Source: an uncultured delta proteobacterium (GTDB lineage Bacteria > Myxococcota_A > Polyangia > Palsa-1104). Taken from it: a DNA stretch of 64,000 nt. A program made the translations under genes and the position numbers. Below, piece by piece: positions 1-9,437 of the stretch. The notes under the pieces were generated by a model, which was not told where the DNA came from, made no database searches, and saw nothing but the letters and a program-made list of their open reading frames with translations. The first letter of the stretch is position 1. Every line of letters begins with the position of its first letter. Location: NCBI GenBank assembly GCA_963816965.1, contig CAWFMP010000002.1, positions 109,558 through 173,557 of the forward strand, written 5' to 3'.

Positions 1-80
1 GCTCGGCGCGATCGTCGCCGGGCGTAGCGGATCGGGCAGCGATTGTTGCTCGCGCGGTGGAGTGAGCGAAGATACGCAAG

Positions 81-908
81 ATGAACGCCCGCGGCAGCCA
101 GGCCCGCTCCGACGCCTTCGAGATCGACCTCACCGTCGCCCCTGTCACGGTGCTACGCCTCAAGACCGCAGACGTCGTCCAGATCGAGAAGGGCCTGCGC
201 GCGCGCATCGCCTCGGTGCAGCAGATGTTCCCCTACGCGCCCGTCGTCGTGGACCTGGCCGAGCTCGACGAGGCGAGCGCGCTGGAGCTGCCGCTGCACG
301 ATCTCGCCGACCGGCTGCGCGCCTGCAAGTTGGTCCCGGTCGGCGCCGCCAACCTGCCGCCGTCGGCGGTGTGGAACGCGGCCGCCGCCGGAATGGCGGT
401 GGTGCAGCTCGCCGCCAACCGCACGCGCACCGACGAGCCGCCGCCGCCGGATCCGCCGCGCGCCGACCCGCCGCGCACGGAGGCGCCGCGCACGGAGGCG
501 CCGCGCACGGAGGCGCCGCGCACGGAGGCGCCGCGCACGGAGGCGCCACGCGCGGAGGCGCCGCCGCCGCCGCGCCCCGCGGTGTCGACGGTGACGGTGC
601 GCCAGCCGGTGCGCTCGGGCCAGGTGATCTACGCGCAGCACGCCGACCTCATCGTGCTGGCGCCGGTCAACGCCGGCGCGCAGGTGATCGCCGACGGCCA
701 CATCCATGTCTACGGTCCCTTGCGCGGCCGCGCGCTCGCTGGCGCGCAGGGCATGGCCGACGCGTGCGTCTTCTGCCAATCGCTCGAGGCGGAGCTGGTC
801 TCGGTCGCCGGGCAGTACCTGCTCGCCGACGAGATCCCACCCGAGCACCGCGGCGCCCGCACGCAGCTCTGGGTCGAGGACGGCCACTTCCACATTCAGC
901 CGCTGTAG
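81..908 (+). CDS. minC: Septum site-determining protein MinC
   Basis: ORF 81-908. The C-terminal signature [42 protein letters not shown]...[10 protein letters not shown] is typical of the MinC beta-helix domain. An N-terminal domain and a Pro-rich repeat linker precede it. Confidence 0.85.
   Translation: MNARGSQARSDAFEIDLTVAPVTVLRLKTADVVQIEKGLRARIASVQQMFPYAPVVVDLAELDEASALELPLHDLADRLRACKLVPVGAANLPPSAVWNAAAAGMAVVQLAANRTRTDEPPPPDPPRADPPRTEAPRTEAPRTEAPRTEAPRTEAPRAEAPPPPRPAVSTVTVRQPVRSGQVIYAQHADLIVLAPVNAGAQVIADGHIHVYGPLRGRALAGAQGMADACVFCQSLEAELVSVAGQYLLADEIPPEHRGARTQLWVEDGHFHIQPL
471..560. repeat. 15-bp tandem repeat (CCGCGCACGGAGGCG), 5 perfect copies plus 1 degenerate, inside minC
   Basis: Read directly: units at 471, 486, 501, 516 and 531, with a degenerate unit at 546. 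It is in frame and encodes (PRTEA)n. Confidence 0.9.
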
Positions 909-1016
909 CGGTAGCCCAGCGCGGTGGGTCGTCCGCTGATCTCAAGCTTCTTTGAGTGCGGCGCTGGGGCACCGTCGCGCGGGTATCATGCGAGCAGCTT
1001 GTCGGAGGGAGCGCCC

Positions 1017-2000
1017 ATGGCCCAGGCTCGACACCGCGGTCGCCGCACCTTGTCGCTCGTCGCCTGCGCTGCCGTCGTCGGGCTCGCGGGCTGTGCCTCG
1101 CCCGGGGCCTCCGCGCACGGCGACTGTACCGCGGACGCGCCGTGCATGACCGACAACCCCGGCGCCTGCGCCGCCGGACACACCGTCTGCACCGACGGCA
1201 AGGCGAGCTGCGTCCCCGACGTGACCGAGCAGCCCTGCTACAGCGGCGAGCCCGAGACCCGCAGCCACGGCGCGTGCCACGACGGGACGCAGAGCTGCAT
1301 CGGCAAGCTCGGCACCTGCACGGGCGAGGTGCTGCCGACGATGGAGAACTGCTTCAACCTCATCGACGACGATTGCGACCGCCACGTCGACAACGGCTGT
1401 CCCGCCGCCCTGACAGTGGGCGACCCCGACCCGCTGCTGGCGCGCGGCGGCTCGGGCGGCAACCCGGTCACGACGTTGTGCCCGAGCGGCGCCGTCGTCA
1501 CCGCCGTGCAGGTTCAGCTGAGCGCGACCAGCGTGAGCCCGGGCTATGTCGTCTCGGTGCAGCCGAGCTGCGCGGTGCCCCAGTTGATGCGCGGCGCGAG
1601 CGACTATTCGGTGACCATGATGCCCGTTGCCAGCCCGCCGTCGATGGCCGGCTCGGACGCGGCGCGCCCCGGCACCTCGCACATCACCTGCGCCGCTGGC
1701 GGTTTCGCGGCCGCCTCCGGCACGCGCGGCAGCGTCCTGGGCGGCGATCGCACCGTGATCGAAGGGCTCGGGATCAACTGCTCCACGGTGGCGCTGGCCC
1801 TCGACAGCAGCAATCAGTTGAACATGACGTTCACGCACGACGATGCCGACTCGGGCTCGGTGTCGGTCCAGGTCAGCGGCACCCCGTGGGACGACAGCTG
1901 CGGGGCAGACGAGCTGCTGGTCGGTTTCCAGGGTCGGACCGGAGCGCAGATGGATCAGGTGCAAGGCGTCTGCGCGCCGCTGACCGTCACCTACAAATAG
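1017..2000 (+). CDS. Cys-rich secreted lipoprotein (myxobacterial Cys-rich repeat region plus a beta-rich C-terminal domain)
   Basis: ATG 1017 is preceded by GGAGGGA. Lipobox LVACAAVVGLAGC. Cys-rich stretch CTADAPC..GACAAGHTVCTDGKASC..NCFNLIDDDCDRHVDNGC. The ORF track starts at 924, but the internal start fits the signal peptide better. Confidence 0.7.
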   Translation: MAQARHRGRRTLSLVACAAVVGLAGCASPGASAHGDCTADAPCMTDNPGACAAGHTVCTDGKASCVPDVTEQPCYSGEPETRSHGACHDGTQSCIGKLGTCTGEVLPTMENCFNLIDDDCDRHVDNGCPAALTVGDPDPLLARGGSGGNPVTTLCPSGAVVTAVQVQLSATSVSPGYVVSVQPSCAVPQLMRGASDYSVTMMPVASPPSMAGSDAARPGTSHITCAAGGFAAASGTRGSVLGGDRTVIEGLGINCSTVALALDSSNQLNMTFTHDDADSGSVSVQVSGTPWDDSCGADELLVGFQGRTGAQMDQVQGVCAPLTVTYK

Positions 2001-2002
2001 GA

Positions 2003-4441
2003 CTACGGGAGCGTCAGCGTCGCGCTCGCGACCGCCGACGTGTCGATCATCAGGTACGCGGTCACCGACTGCGGCACGTTCTTGCCGGTGATCGGCAGCG
2101 TCACCGTCGCCAGCTTCCCATCGCTGGTGGTGGTGTGCGCGGTGGTCAGGCCGTAGTCGAGCGACACCGGGGCGCCCGTGGTGGCGTCGACGAGGAGCAC
2201 CGCGGCGACGTGATCGGCCGCCGCCAGCGTGCTGCCCGTCAGCGTCGCGGTCACGGCGTCGGCGCTGCCGGCGAAGGTGACGCTCCCCACCTCCGACGCA
2301 CTCGGTGCAGGCGCGCCCGTAAAGAGCGTGAAGTTGGCGGCGCCATCGACCGACAGCACGTCGGTGAGCGGGTTGCACAGGCCGAGCTTCTGCAAAAATG
2401 GGCCGTAGACCGCGATCCCCGAGCACACGGTCGAGCCGTTCAGGTGCAGCGGTCGGGTCGCGTTGCCGTCGGCCCCGAGCGCGGCCGCCAGGCGAAACGA
2501 CTGGAACGGGATGACGATGTTGGTCACCTCGACGCTGACTCCGTCCTGGTTCGCCATGGTCACGAACCCGCCGTCGTAGGTGACGTCGAGCGGGAAGAGC
2601 GCCTTGGTCGCGGGATCGACGACGGTCTGGTTCGAGTCGGCGGCCAGCTTGGCGCCGGCCATCCACGCCACGGTGTGCCCGTGGCCGGTCTCGACGATGC
2701 TGACGAGGTACTGCAGGGAGTCGAAGCCGATCTGGTTGTAGCTCGGCAGCAGCGACGGCAACGGCAGCGCGATGCGCGCCACCTGCCAGGTGGTGCCGGG
2801 CGTCAACGCGAACGGAGTGGCCGTCGGTGCCGCCAGCGCGGCGGAGAGCTGCAGCGTCGCCTGCCCGCCCGGGGTCCCGCCCGAGAGCTTGAGCCCGTCG
2901 CGCTCGGGCTGCACGAGGTAGCCGGCGGCGACGCTGATGGTGACGCGGCCGTCGCTGGCGGCGGTGAACGCGCTCGCCGGCGTGATGGTGAGGAACTTGC
3001 CGTCGCCGGCGACGTCGACGCCGACCGGCACCGGCGGATCGACCGTCACCGTCACCGCCGAGGGATCGAGCATGGCGAGCGTGTCGTGACCGCCCGCGCG
3101 CACCACCAGCGAGAGCACGATCGGCTGATTGGGGTCGATCGTGTCGGGCGGGCCGGGCAGCGCCGCGCCGAACGCGGTCGTGTACAACAGGAGCCCGCCG
3201 TCGTCGGGCAGGACCGGCGCCGGCGCCGGCGCACAGCGCGGATCGGCCAGCCCGTCGGCGTGCAGGCAGTAGTCGTAGGGAACGCTGAAGACCTCGCCGC
3301 TCTCGCCGCCGATGTAGATGGCGTCCTCGCCGAGCGCGGGCGAGGAGTTGATGTCGTTGCGATCCTCCGAGATGAGCTGCACCGACCAGCGCAGCGTGCC
3401 GTCGTGGTTGAGCACGTAGAGGCGGCCGTCGCCGGCGCCGAAGTAGACGTTGCCCTGGGCATCGACGGCGGGCGACGAGCGGATCGGATCGCGCAGATCG
3501 AACGCCCAGCGCTGCTGGCCGGTGGCCGGGTCGAGACCGTAGACCGTGCCGTCGGTGGCGGGCTGCACGATCGTTCCGTCGGGGAGGCGGGCCGGGCTCG
3601 AGTAGAGGTGGTCGCGGGCGCCGAACTCCCACTGCACGGTGCCGCTCTTGGCGTCGTACGCGCGCACGTAGCCGTCGAAGCCGCCGACGACGACCTTGCC
3701 GTCCGGCGTGAGCATGGGGCTGGCCGCGATGCTGCCGAGCCCGACGAACTGGTCCCACACGTCGGCGCCGGCTTCGGCGAACGCGAACAGGTTGGAGCCC
3801 TCGAAGCTGACGACGTTGTTGTTGCCGATGAACAGATGGCCGGCGCCGTCGAACGCCGGGGAGGACCAGGTCTGATCGGGCAGACGGAGCCGCTGGGTGA
3901 TGCTGCCGTCCGCGCGCTCGACGGCGTAGACGAAGTGGTTGTCGTTGGGCACGTAGAGCTTGCCCGAGGGCGACAGCGCCACGTTGCCCTCGAACCAATT
4001 GATGAACGAGGAGGTGACATCGGGAGAGTCGGCGGGCGTCATCCAGACGCTGTTGCCGCTGGCGGCGTCCAGCGCGCGCAGCATGCCGTCGCCCGAGCCG
4101 AAGTAGACCCGGCCGCTGTCGTCGAGGAGCGCGGCGGAGTCGATGATCTCGCCGGTGAGCAGCTTCCACTTGACGTTGCCGTCGCGGTCGAAGGCGTAGA
4201 AGGTGCGATCGGCGGAGCCGACGTAGATGGTGCCATCGCTGCCGACGACGGGAGAGCTGAAGATGCCCTTGCCGGTGCGGTAGGACCAGAACTTGCCGCC
4301 GGTCTTGGCCGGCGATACGTCGCTGCGTCCATCCTGCGCCGCGTCTGCACGAAAGTGCGGCCACGGGCTCCCGTGCTGGTACGCGACCGGGTTCGAAGAG
4401 CAGCCGACAGCGAAGAGGATGAGGATGTAGTGCCTTTTCAC
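2003..4441 (-). CDS. PQQ-like beta-propeller repeat lipoprotein with a C-terminal beta-sandwich region
   Basis: Lipobox ILILFAVGCSS. Repeated motifs of the type SSPVVGSDGTIYVGSADRTFYAFDRDGNVKW / GDGMLRALDAASGNSVW are typical of PQQ/BamB-like propellers. Confidence 0.8.
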   Translation of the reverse strand: MKRHYILILFAVGCSSNPVAYQHGSPWPHFRADAAQDGRSDVSPAKTGGKFWSYRTGKGIFSSPVVGSDGTIYVGSADRTFYAFDRDGNVKWKLLTGEIIDSAALLDDSGRVYFGSGDGMLRALDAASGNSVWMTPADSPDVTSSFINWFEGNVALSPSGKLYVPNDNHFVYAVERADGSITQRLRLPDQTWSSPAFDGAGHLFIGNNNVVSFEGSNLFAFAEAGADVWDQFVGLGSIAASPMLTPDGKVVVGGFDGYVRAYDAKSGTVQWEFGARDHLYSSPARLPDGTIVQPATDGTVYGLDPATGQQRWAFDLRDPIRSSPAVDAQGNVYFGAGDGRLYVLNHDGTLRWSVQLISEDRNDINSSPALGEDAIYIGGESGEVFSVPYDYCLHADGLADPRCAPAPAPVLPDDGGLLLYTTAFGAALPGPPDTIDPNQPIVLSLVVRAGGHDTLAMLDPSAVTVTVDPPVPVGVDVAGDGKFLTITPASAFTAASDGRVTISVAAGYLVQPERDGLKLSGGTPGGQATLQLSAALAAPTATPFALTPGTTWQVARIALPLPSLLPSYNQIGFDSLQYLVSIVETGHGHTVAWMAGAKLAADSNQTVVDPATKALFPLDVTYDGGFVTMANQDGVSVEVTNIVIPFQSFRLAAALGADGNATRPLHLNGSTVCSGIAVYGPFLQKLGLCNPLTDVLSVDGAANFTLFTGAPAPSASEVGSVTFAGSADAVTATLTGSTLAAADHVAAVLLVDATTGAPVSLDYGLTTAHTTTSDGKLATVTLPITGKNVPQSVTAYLMIDTSAVASATLTLP

Positions 4442-4655
4442 CGCGGCAGTCTCACGCGGTTACCCTAGGGCTGTCCATCGCTAGATTATGAGAAGGTCCG
4501 CGTCGATCCCTCCGTCGCCCTTCGCGGTCCGGTGAAATCCCCTCTCCTGTAGAGGAGGGCGCGTTCTTAGAACACTCGGCTAATCGCGCGCCGCGCCGGG
4601 GGATCGGCGCCCGGTGCGACGGTTGCAAACCCTCCCGACAACCGGGAGGTCGCTC

Positions 4656-5468
4656 ATGCGTACACGGTCGCTGTGCTTGCCGTTGGTTCTGACCGCCATC
4701 ACCTTCTCCGCCTGCTCGAACTCGACGCCGAGCAGCACCGTCGTCGTGGGGACCGATCAGGTGATCGCCCTCGATTTCGCCGACACCGTGGCCTGGGAGG
4801 GCAGCATCTTCTGGGTCACCGCAAACACGTTCGATCCTTTCGTCAAGGGCGTCACGGTCATCGGTGCGGACAGCGCCGCCGCCGCCGCCGCCAAAGGGAT
4901 CGGCGCCTTCTACTCGCCGCCGGGATGTGTCAGCACCGCCACCAGCGCCGGCAGGCTCACGCTGCGCTTCGGCACCTGCGACGGCCCCTTCGAAGTGAAC
5001 AATACGACCGGCGCGGTCGCGCTCCTCTTCACGCCGGTGTCGAACGGCGTTCAGATCGCCGCGTCCTCGTCGACCGTGAAGTCGACGCGGGGCAATCTCT
5101 CCCTCGACGCGACGGCGCTCTACACCGAGAACGGCGACAGCCGGTCGCTGGCGGTGACGTCGATGAGCAGCGGCACCGGCGTGGGCGGAACTCCCACGGC
5201 TCGCCAGGGTCAATACACGCTGACCTGGACCAAGGGATCGGACTGCGCGACCATCGACGGCGAAGTGGCGAGCGCGCCCAACGGAGCCGACCGCAACACC
5301 TTCGGTGCCTACCAGGTCTGTCGCACCGGCTGCCCGCGCAGCGGCACCGTCACGCGTCAGGATCCGCAGACCGGCATCACGATCACGACGACCTACAATG
5401 GAACGGCGACGGTGTCGTTCACCACGAGCGACGGCCGGCAGGGCACGACGACGCTCAGCTGCCAGTAG
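4656..5468 (+). CDS. Hypothetical lipoprotein
   Basis: ATG 4656 follows GGGAGG. Signal peptide and lipobox MRTRSLCLPLVLTAITFSAC. Composition is Thr/Ser/Gly-rich and coding-like. No family recognised. Confidence 0.65.
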   Translation: MRTRSLCLPLVLTAITFSACSNSTPSSTVVVGTDQVIALDFADTVAWEGSIFWVTANTFDPFVKGVTVIGADSAAAAAAKGIGAFYSPPGCVSTATSAGRLTLRFGTCDGPFEVNNTTGAVALLFTPVSNGVQIAASSSTVKSTRGNLSLDATALYTENGDSRSLAVTSMSSGTGVGGTPTARQGQYTLTWTKGSDCATIDGEVASAPNGADRNTFGAYQVCRTGCPRSGTVTRQDPQTGITITTTYNGTATVSFTTSDGRQGTTTLSCQ

Positions 5469-5590
5469 CGCGTCGCCGACGCTGCTCGCGAATGGCGGCG
5501 ACGGCGCCGGATTCCGACGCCGGGATGGCGCCTCACCTCCGCGGCCCAAGCCGGCCCGCTACGACTCGGCCAACGTGAACGACCTCGGCG

Positions 5591-7378
5591 CTAGGGATCG
5601 ATCGTCAGGCCCTGCGACTCGCGGAAGAGCTCGAAGAAGTGGTCGGTGCGCACGAAGACGTAGTCGCTGTTGGACGCGTAGTGCTGCTGCACGTTGTAGA
5701 ACGTGGTGGGGGTCATGCTGCCGCTGTTCATGTTGCCCTGCACGGCAACGAAGTCGGGGGCCAGGTGGCTCCACACCGTGGCGGCGTTGTCGATGCCCGA
5801 CTCCAGGTCGGCTTCGTTGTTGCCGTAGGTCTGCGCCAGGTAGACGAGCGGCAGCGCGCTGTCGAGCACGTTCCACTGATGAATCAGCGGCAGGTAGCCG
5901 CCCTGCAGCGTGACGCCGAGCAGCTTCGGCAGGTTCTGCGTATAGGCCATGGCGTTGGCGGCGCTCAGATCCTTGCCGTCGTTGGAGGTGTACTGCGGGT
6001 CCTTGTTCCAGATGGTGATGGCGCGCAGGCCGGCGGCCTCGAGATAGGGGGCGCTGCGCGCGGTGTAGTCGTAGAAGGCGTCGGTGGGCCACCAGTCGGG
6101 ATAGGTGTAGCCGAGACCGGAGGGGCCGGAGATGAGCACGTCGTTCGCGGTCGCCGTCGTCCAGTAGTAATTGAGGATCACGGGCGCGGTGTCGACGAGC
6201 GACGGCGTGGTGGTCCAGCCGATTGGGACCTTGCCCCGGTTGGGGTCGGCCCATTTGATCGGGATGAGGTGCTCGTTCTCCTGCAGGTTGTCGCCGTCGC
6301 TCATGATGAGCGTCACGTAGATCTTGTTCGCCAGCGTCGGCTTCCCAGGCGGCGCCGGCAGCTGGATGCCGCGCGGCGTACCGCCGAAGACCGTCAGGTT
6401 GCTGGCATAGTCGGCGGCGAACACCGGGATGCCGGCGCTGGCGGCAGCGCCGACGCCGGCGCCCTCGGCCGGCCACCAGCCGAGGTACGGGCTGGCGTGC
6501 GGCAGCAGCGCGAAGAACTGCGACAACAGATTCTTCTCGTCGCTGTTGGCGGGATCGAGCCACACCATCATGGCGCGCGTGGCGACGGCGTAGTCGCGTA
6601 GATGGCCGGCGATGGCCGGGTCGAGCCCGCAGATGAGCCGATGCGTGGCGCCGGCGGCGTACTGGTCGAGCTCGTATTGGTACACGGCGACCTTGGAGGC
6701 GAAGTGGTTGGCGCGCAGGTCGACGAGCACCGGGAGCTGGTAGGGCGCCGCGCCGAGCGTGGCGGCGAGGTCGGGAGAGGCGACGATACCGTCGCGCACG
6801 CCGGCGACGGTGGTGGCGAGGTTGATGGTGTCGGGCTGCGCCGGATCGTAGACGACCAGGCCGGAGATCTCGGCCTGGTACTTGGTGACCAGCGCGAACG
6901 GATCGGAGCTCACCGTCGACGTCACGCCCAGTTTGTCGAGCCAGAAAGTCTTTCCTTCGCCGCCTCCGTCGAGCGTGTAGATGCGCGGCTGCGTGCGATT
7001 GACCAGGCCGGCGAGCGTGACGAAGAGGGTCTGCTGATCGTTGGCCATGCCGGTCAGGTCGACGACGTCGAGCGCACCAACGGGGCCGAAGCTGGGGAAG
7101 GTCTGCGACGGCGGCCAGCTGAGGCCGGGCACGCCCGTGCCCGGAGGCGACAGATCGGGCGCGGAGAGATCGGCCGGCGCGGGCAGCGCCGCGTCGTGGC
7201 TCACGGCGAGGTCCGCGGGCGGCGCGGGGACGGCAAGATCGACGGCGCCGAGGTCGGGCGCGCCGTTACCGCCGACGGCGGCGTCCGCCGGGGCGCCCGG
7301 GACCGCGTGACAGGCGGCGCAGAGGAGCAGCGCCGGCAGACAGCGCGCGAGCCGGGGGCACAGCGTGGTCGACATCAC
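5591..7378 (-). CDS. Secreted GxGYxYP-family protein (putative glycoside hydrolase family)
   Basis: Signal peptide CLPALLLCAACHA, then a Pro/Ala linker. The motif SGPSGLGYTYPDWWP matches the GxGYxYP family signature. Confidence 0.7.
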   Translation of the reverse strand: MMSTTLCPRLARCLPALLLCAACHAVPGAPADAAVGGNGAPDLGAVDLAVPAPPADLAVSHDAALPAPADLSAPDLSPPGTGVPGLSWPPSQTFPSFGPVGALDVVDLTGMANDQQTLFVTLAGLVNRTQPRIYTLDGGGEGKTFWLDKLGVTSTVSSDPFALVTKYQAEISGLVVYDPAQPDTINLATTVAGVRDGIVASPDLAATLGAAPYQLPVLVDLRANHFASKVAVYQYELDQYAAGATHRLICGLDPAIAGHLRDYAVATRAMMVWLDPANSDEKNLLSQFFALLPHASPYLGWWPAEGAGVGAAASAGIPVFAADYASNLTVFGGTPRGIQLPAPPGKPTLANKIYVTLIMSDGDNLQENEHLIPIKWADPNRGKVPIGWTTTPSLVDTAPVILNYYWTTATANDVLISGPSGLGYTYPDWWPTDAFYDYTARSAPYLEAAGLRAITIWNKDPQYTSNDGKDLSAANAMAYTQNLPKLLGVTLQGGYLPLIHQWNVLDSALPLVYLAQTYGNNEADLESGIDNAATVWSHLAPDFVAVQGNMNSGSMTPTTFYNVQQHYASNSDYVFVRTDHFFELFRESQGLTIDP

Positions 7379-7489
7379 CTGCTGGGATACCGTCTTGGCG
7401 GCGGCAGATCTGTCAACGAACTATGAGACGCGCGGCGACAAATCCATGGCTGGGTCCAGCGCTGCGCGCCTCGAGCGCATCGATGCACT

Positions 7490-7780
7490 CTAGCGGTACG
7501 GTCCGCCCGGGTCGGGGCCGCGAATGAGCCGGGTGCAGTATTCCTCGCCGATCGGGATCTTTTCCGGCTCGAACGCGAACCATTGGACGAATCCGCAGCG
7601 ACGGCAAACCCAGATGTTCATGACTCCGAGCGGCGCCCGCGGATCGGAGCCCGCCCATCGACTCTTTTCGTGTGTGACCGACAGGACCAGGGGCGCGCCG
7701 GGGCCGAATTCGACGGGCGCGGCCTGGATCAGCTCGTTGTGCGCGCATACGGGGCACTTGCCCTGCCTCATGTCCACCAT
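7490..7780 (-). CDS. Small zinc-ribbon protein
   Basis: 96-aa ORF with paired CxxC motifs (CPVC ... CRRC) and non-artefactual composition. Confidence 0.5.
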   Translation of the reverse strand: MVDMRQGKCPVCAHNELIQAAPVEFGPGAPLVLSVTHEKSRWAGSDPRAPLGVMNIWVCRRCGFVQWFAFEPEKIPIGEEYCTRLIRGPDPGGPYR

Positions 7781-7798
7781 GCGCGGAGTCTATCGCGA

Positions 7799-8662
7799 TC
7801 AGAACGTGGTCAGCCGTTGCCAGGCGCTCTTCATGTGCGACGAGTCGACCGCGTAGAGCAGCCCGCCCAGGGCGCACAGGGCGGCGCCGGTGATCGAGCT
7901 GGTCAGGATGGCGGTCCCCTGGTCGTGGGCGTTGAGGTAGTTGGTGAAGCCGAAGAAGTAGCTGGCCCCGACGCTGACGAAACCGAGCAGGCCGAACGCC
8001 GTGCCGCCGCCGAAGTAGCCGCGCCCGATGTCAGCCTGCATCTCGCCGAGCAGGTGGTGCTGATAGCCGAGCCCGGCAGCGGAGAAGACGAATCCCACGG
8101 CGGAGGCGCTCGAGCCGATGTACGCCAGCAGCGGCGCCGGGTCGGTGGGCGCCGGGGGGTTGTAGATGGCGCTGTTCGGGTTGCAGGAGTCGTTGGGGTT
8201 GGTGGCGTGCATGGGATCGTTGGGGTTGCAGGGGTAGCCGGTGATGGCGACGACCAGAACGCTCGACAGCGTGAGCCCGCTGCCGAGGAGGCCGAGGACG
8301 GTGCCCACCGCGGAGACGATGCGCGCGTGGTGCCAACGCGCCGCCATGCCCGGCGGCAGCGTCAGTCGGGGAGCGGTCGTTTGCGCCAGTGGGGGCGGCG
8401 GTACCGGCGGGGGCGCGTCCGGCGGAGCCGCGACCGGCGGGGGCGCGTCCGGCGGGACCGCGTCCGGCGGGGCCGCGACCGGCGGGGCCGCGACCGGCGG
8501 GGCCGCGACCGGCGGGGGCGAGCCCGGCGGGGGCGAGCCCGGCGGGGGCGAGCCCGGCGGGGGCTGTGGAGGCGAAGCCACCGCGGGCGGCTGGGGCGAT
8601 TGCTGCGCCACGGCTGCGCAGGGCAAGACGGTCATCGCCAGCAGGAGGGCGAGCGCGCGCAT
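7799..8662 (-). CDS. Secreted/membrane protein with a Pro-rich repeat N-terminus and a Gly-rich multi-TM C-terminus
   Basis: ATG at 8662 gives signal peptide MRALALLLAMTVLPCAAVA. PPPGS x3 and PPVAA x3 repeats are followed by hydrophobic Gly-rich segments. The upstream 80 codons of the ORF track are Arg-rich and look non-coding. Confidence 0.6.
   Translation of the reverse strand: MRALALLLAMTVLPCAAVAQQSPQPPAVASPPQPPPGSPPPGSPPPGSPPPVAAPPVAAPPVAAPPDAVPPDAPPPVAAPPDAPPPVPPPPLAQTTAPRLTLPPGMAARWHHARIVSAVGTVLGLLGSGLTLSSVLVVAITGYPCNPNDPMHATNPNDSCNPNSAIYNPPAPTDPAPLLAYIGSSASAVGFVFSAAGLGYQHHLLGEMQADIGRGYFGGGTAFGLLGFVSVGASYFFGFTNYLNAHDQGTAILTSSITGAALCALGGLLYAVDSSHMKSAWQRLTTF
8461..8550. repeat. Two adjacent triplets of 15-bp tandem repeats (GGCCGCGACCGGCGG x3, GGGCGAGCCCGGCGG x3)
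   Basis: Read directly. They encode the AAPPV / PPPGS repeats of the minus-strand gene 7799-8662. Confidence 0.85.
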
Positions 8663-8729
8663 ACCTGGATGATAGCGCGCCGCGAGCCCGTGCGAAGCGC
8701 GACCGTGATCGTGTCGACGGGCCCGTCGC

Positions 8730-9053
8730 TCACTTCGCGACGGCAGCGACCAACGAGGTCCTTTCGACGAACCCCCACGCGCTACGATAGATGGCCTCCC
8801 GGCCGCAGCCGCGCGCCTGCCACGGTCCGCCTTCGAGCGGCGGGTACGGACCGATGTCCGTGAGCTCGATCTCGCCCGAGCACTGGAGATCGGCGCTGGC
8901 ACGCCGCTTCAGCTCTTGCGTGAGCGTGTCGGCCGGCTGTGTAGACGGGCAACCGCTGGCGGGGCACTCGATCATCGCGGTCTGTTGCGGTCCGGCACAC
9001 GCCGGGACGGCGGCGGCAAGCGTGAGACAGGCGGCGAGCAACCACTTCGACAT
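8730..9053 (-). CDS. Small hypothetical lipoprotein
   Basis: ATG 9053 is preceded by GAGGAGG. Lipobox LTLAAAVPAC. Four further Cys residues. Confidence 0.55.
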   Translation of the reverse strand: MSKWLLAACLTLAAAVPACAGPQQTAMIECPASGCPSTQPADTLTQELKRRASADLQCSGEIELTDIGPYPPLEGGPWQARGCGREAIYRSAWGFVERTSLVAAVAK

Positions 9054-9437
9054 TGGATGTCCTCCTCGCCAGTGCAACGGCACGCCGTCGGGGGGTATTC
9101 AAAGATCGGCGGCAGAGCCCCCCGACGAGTGACGTGACTCGCTTCGCGAGGGTGCGTCCTGTGACAGCGCTCAAAGGGGAGCGACCAGCCGGTCGCTCGA
9201 GCACCGCTGGCCCGGCGCGTCCGGGGACCTAACCTATTAGACAGTTGGTGCACGAGCTCGACGAGAGCGAATCCCGCTCCGCCGACCGGCCGACGAGACA
9301 GGTGACTGGCGGGGATGGAGAGGGATGCGTGTGGAGCTTCAAGGAGCCGAGCGTCTGTCAGGGCCCGTCGATATCGGCCGCCTGTTCGGGGCTCGAGACG
9401 GTGCGCCTCCCGGTGAGAATGCAGGGCTGAGTGCCCG

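Noticed and set aside
942-4468. Giant ORFs 942-4364 (-) and 956-4468 (+), over 1100 aa each, overlapping the Cys-rich lipoprotein and PQQ-propeller genes
   Set aside because: Their translations are dominated by Arg/Ala/Gly/Pro and have no recognisable motifs. They overlap genes with clear signal peptides and domain signatures in another frame. Long stop-free alternative frames are expected at this GC content.
8461-8550. Tandem repeats at 471-560, 8461-8550, 39057-39136 and 58781-58850 as possible CRISPR arrays
   Set aside because: The units are directly adjacent with no unique spacers and are only 15-27 bp long. Three of the four lie in frame within coding regions. No cas genes are present.
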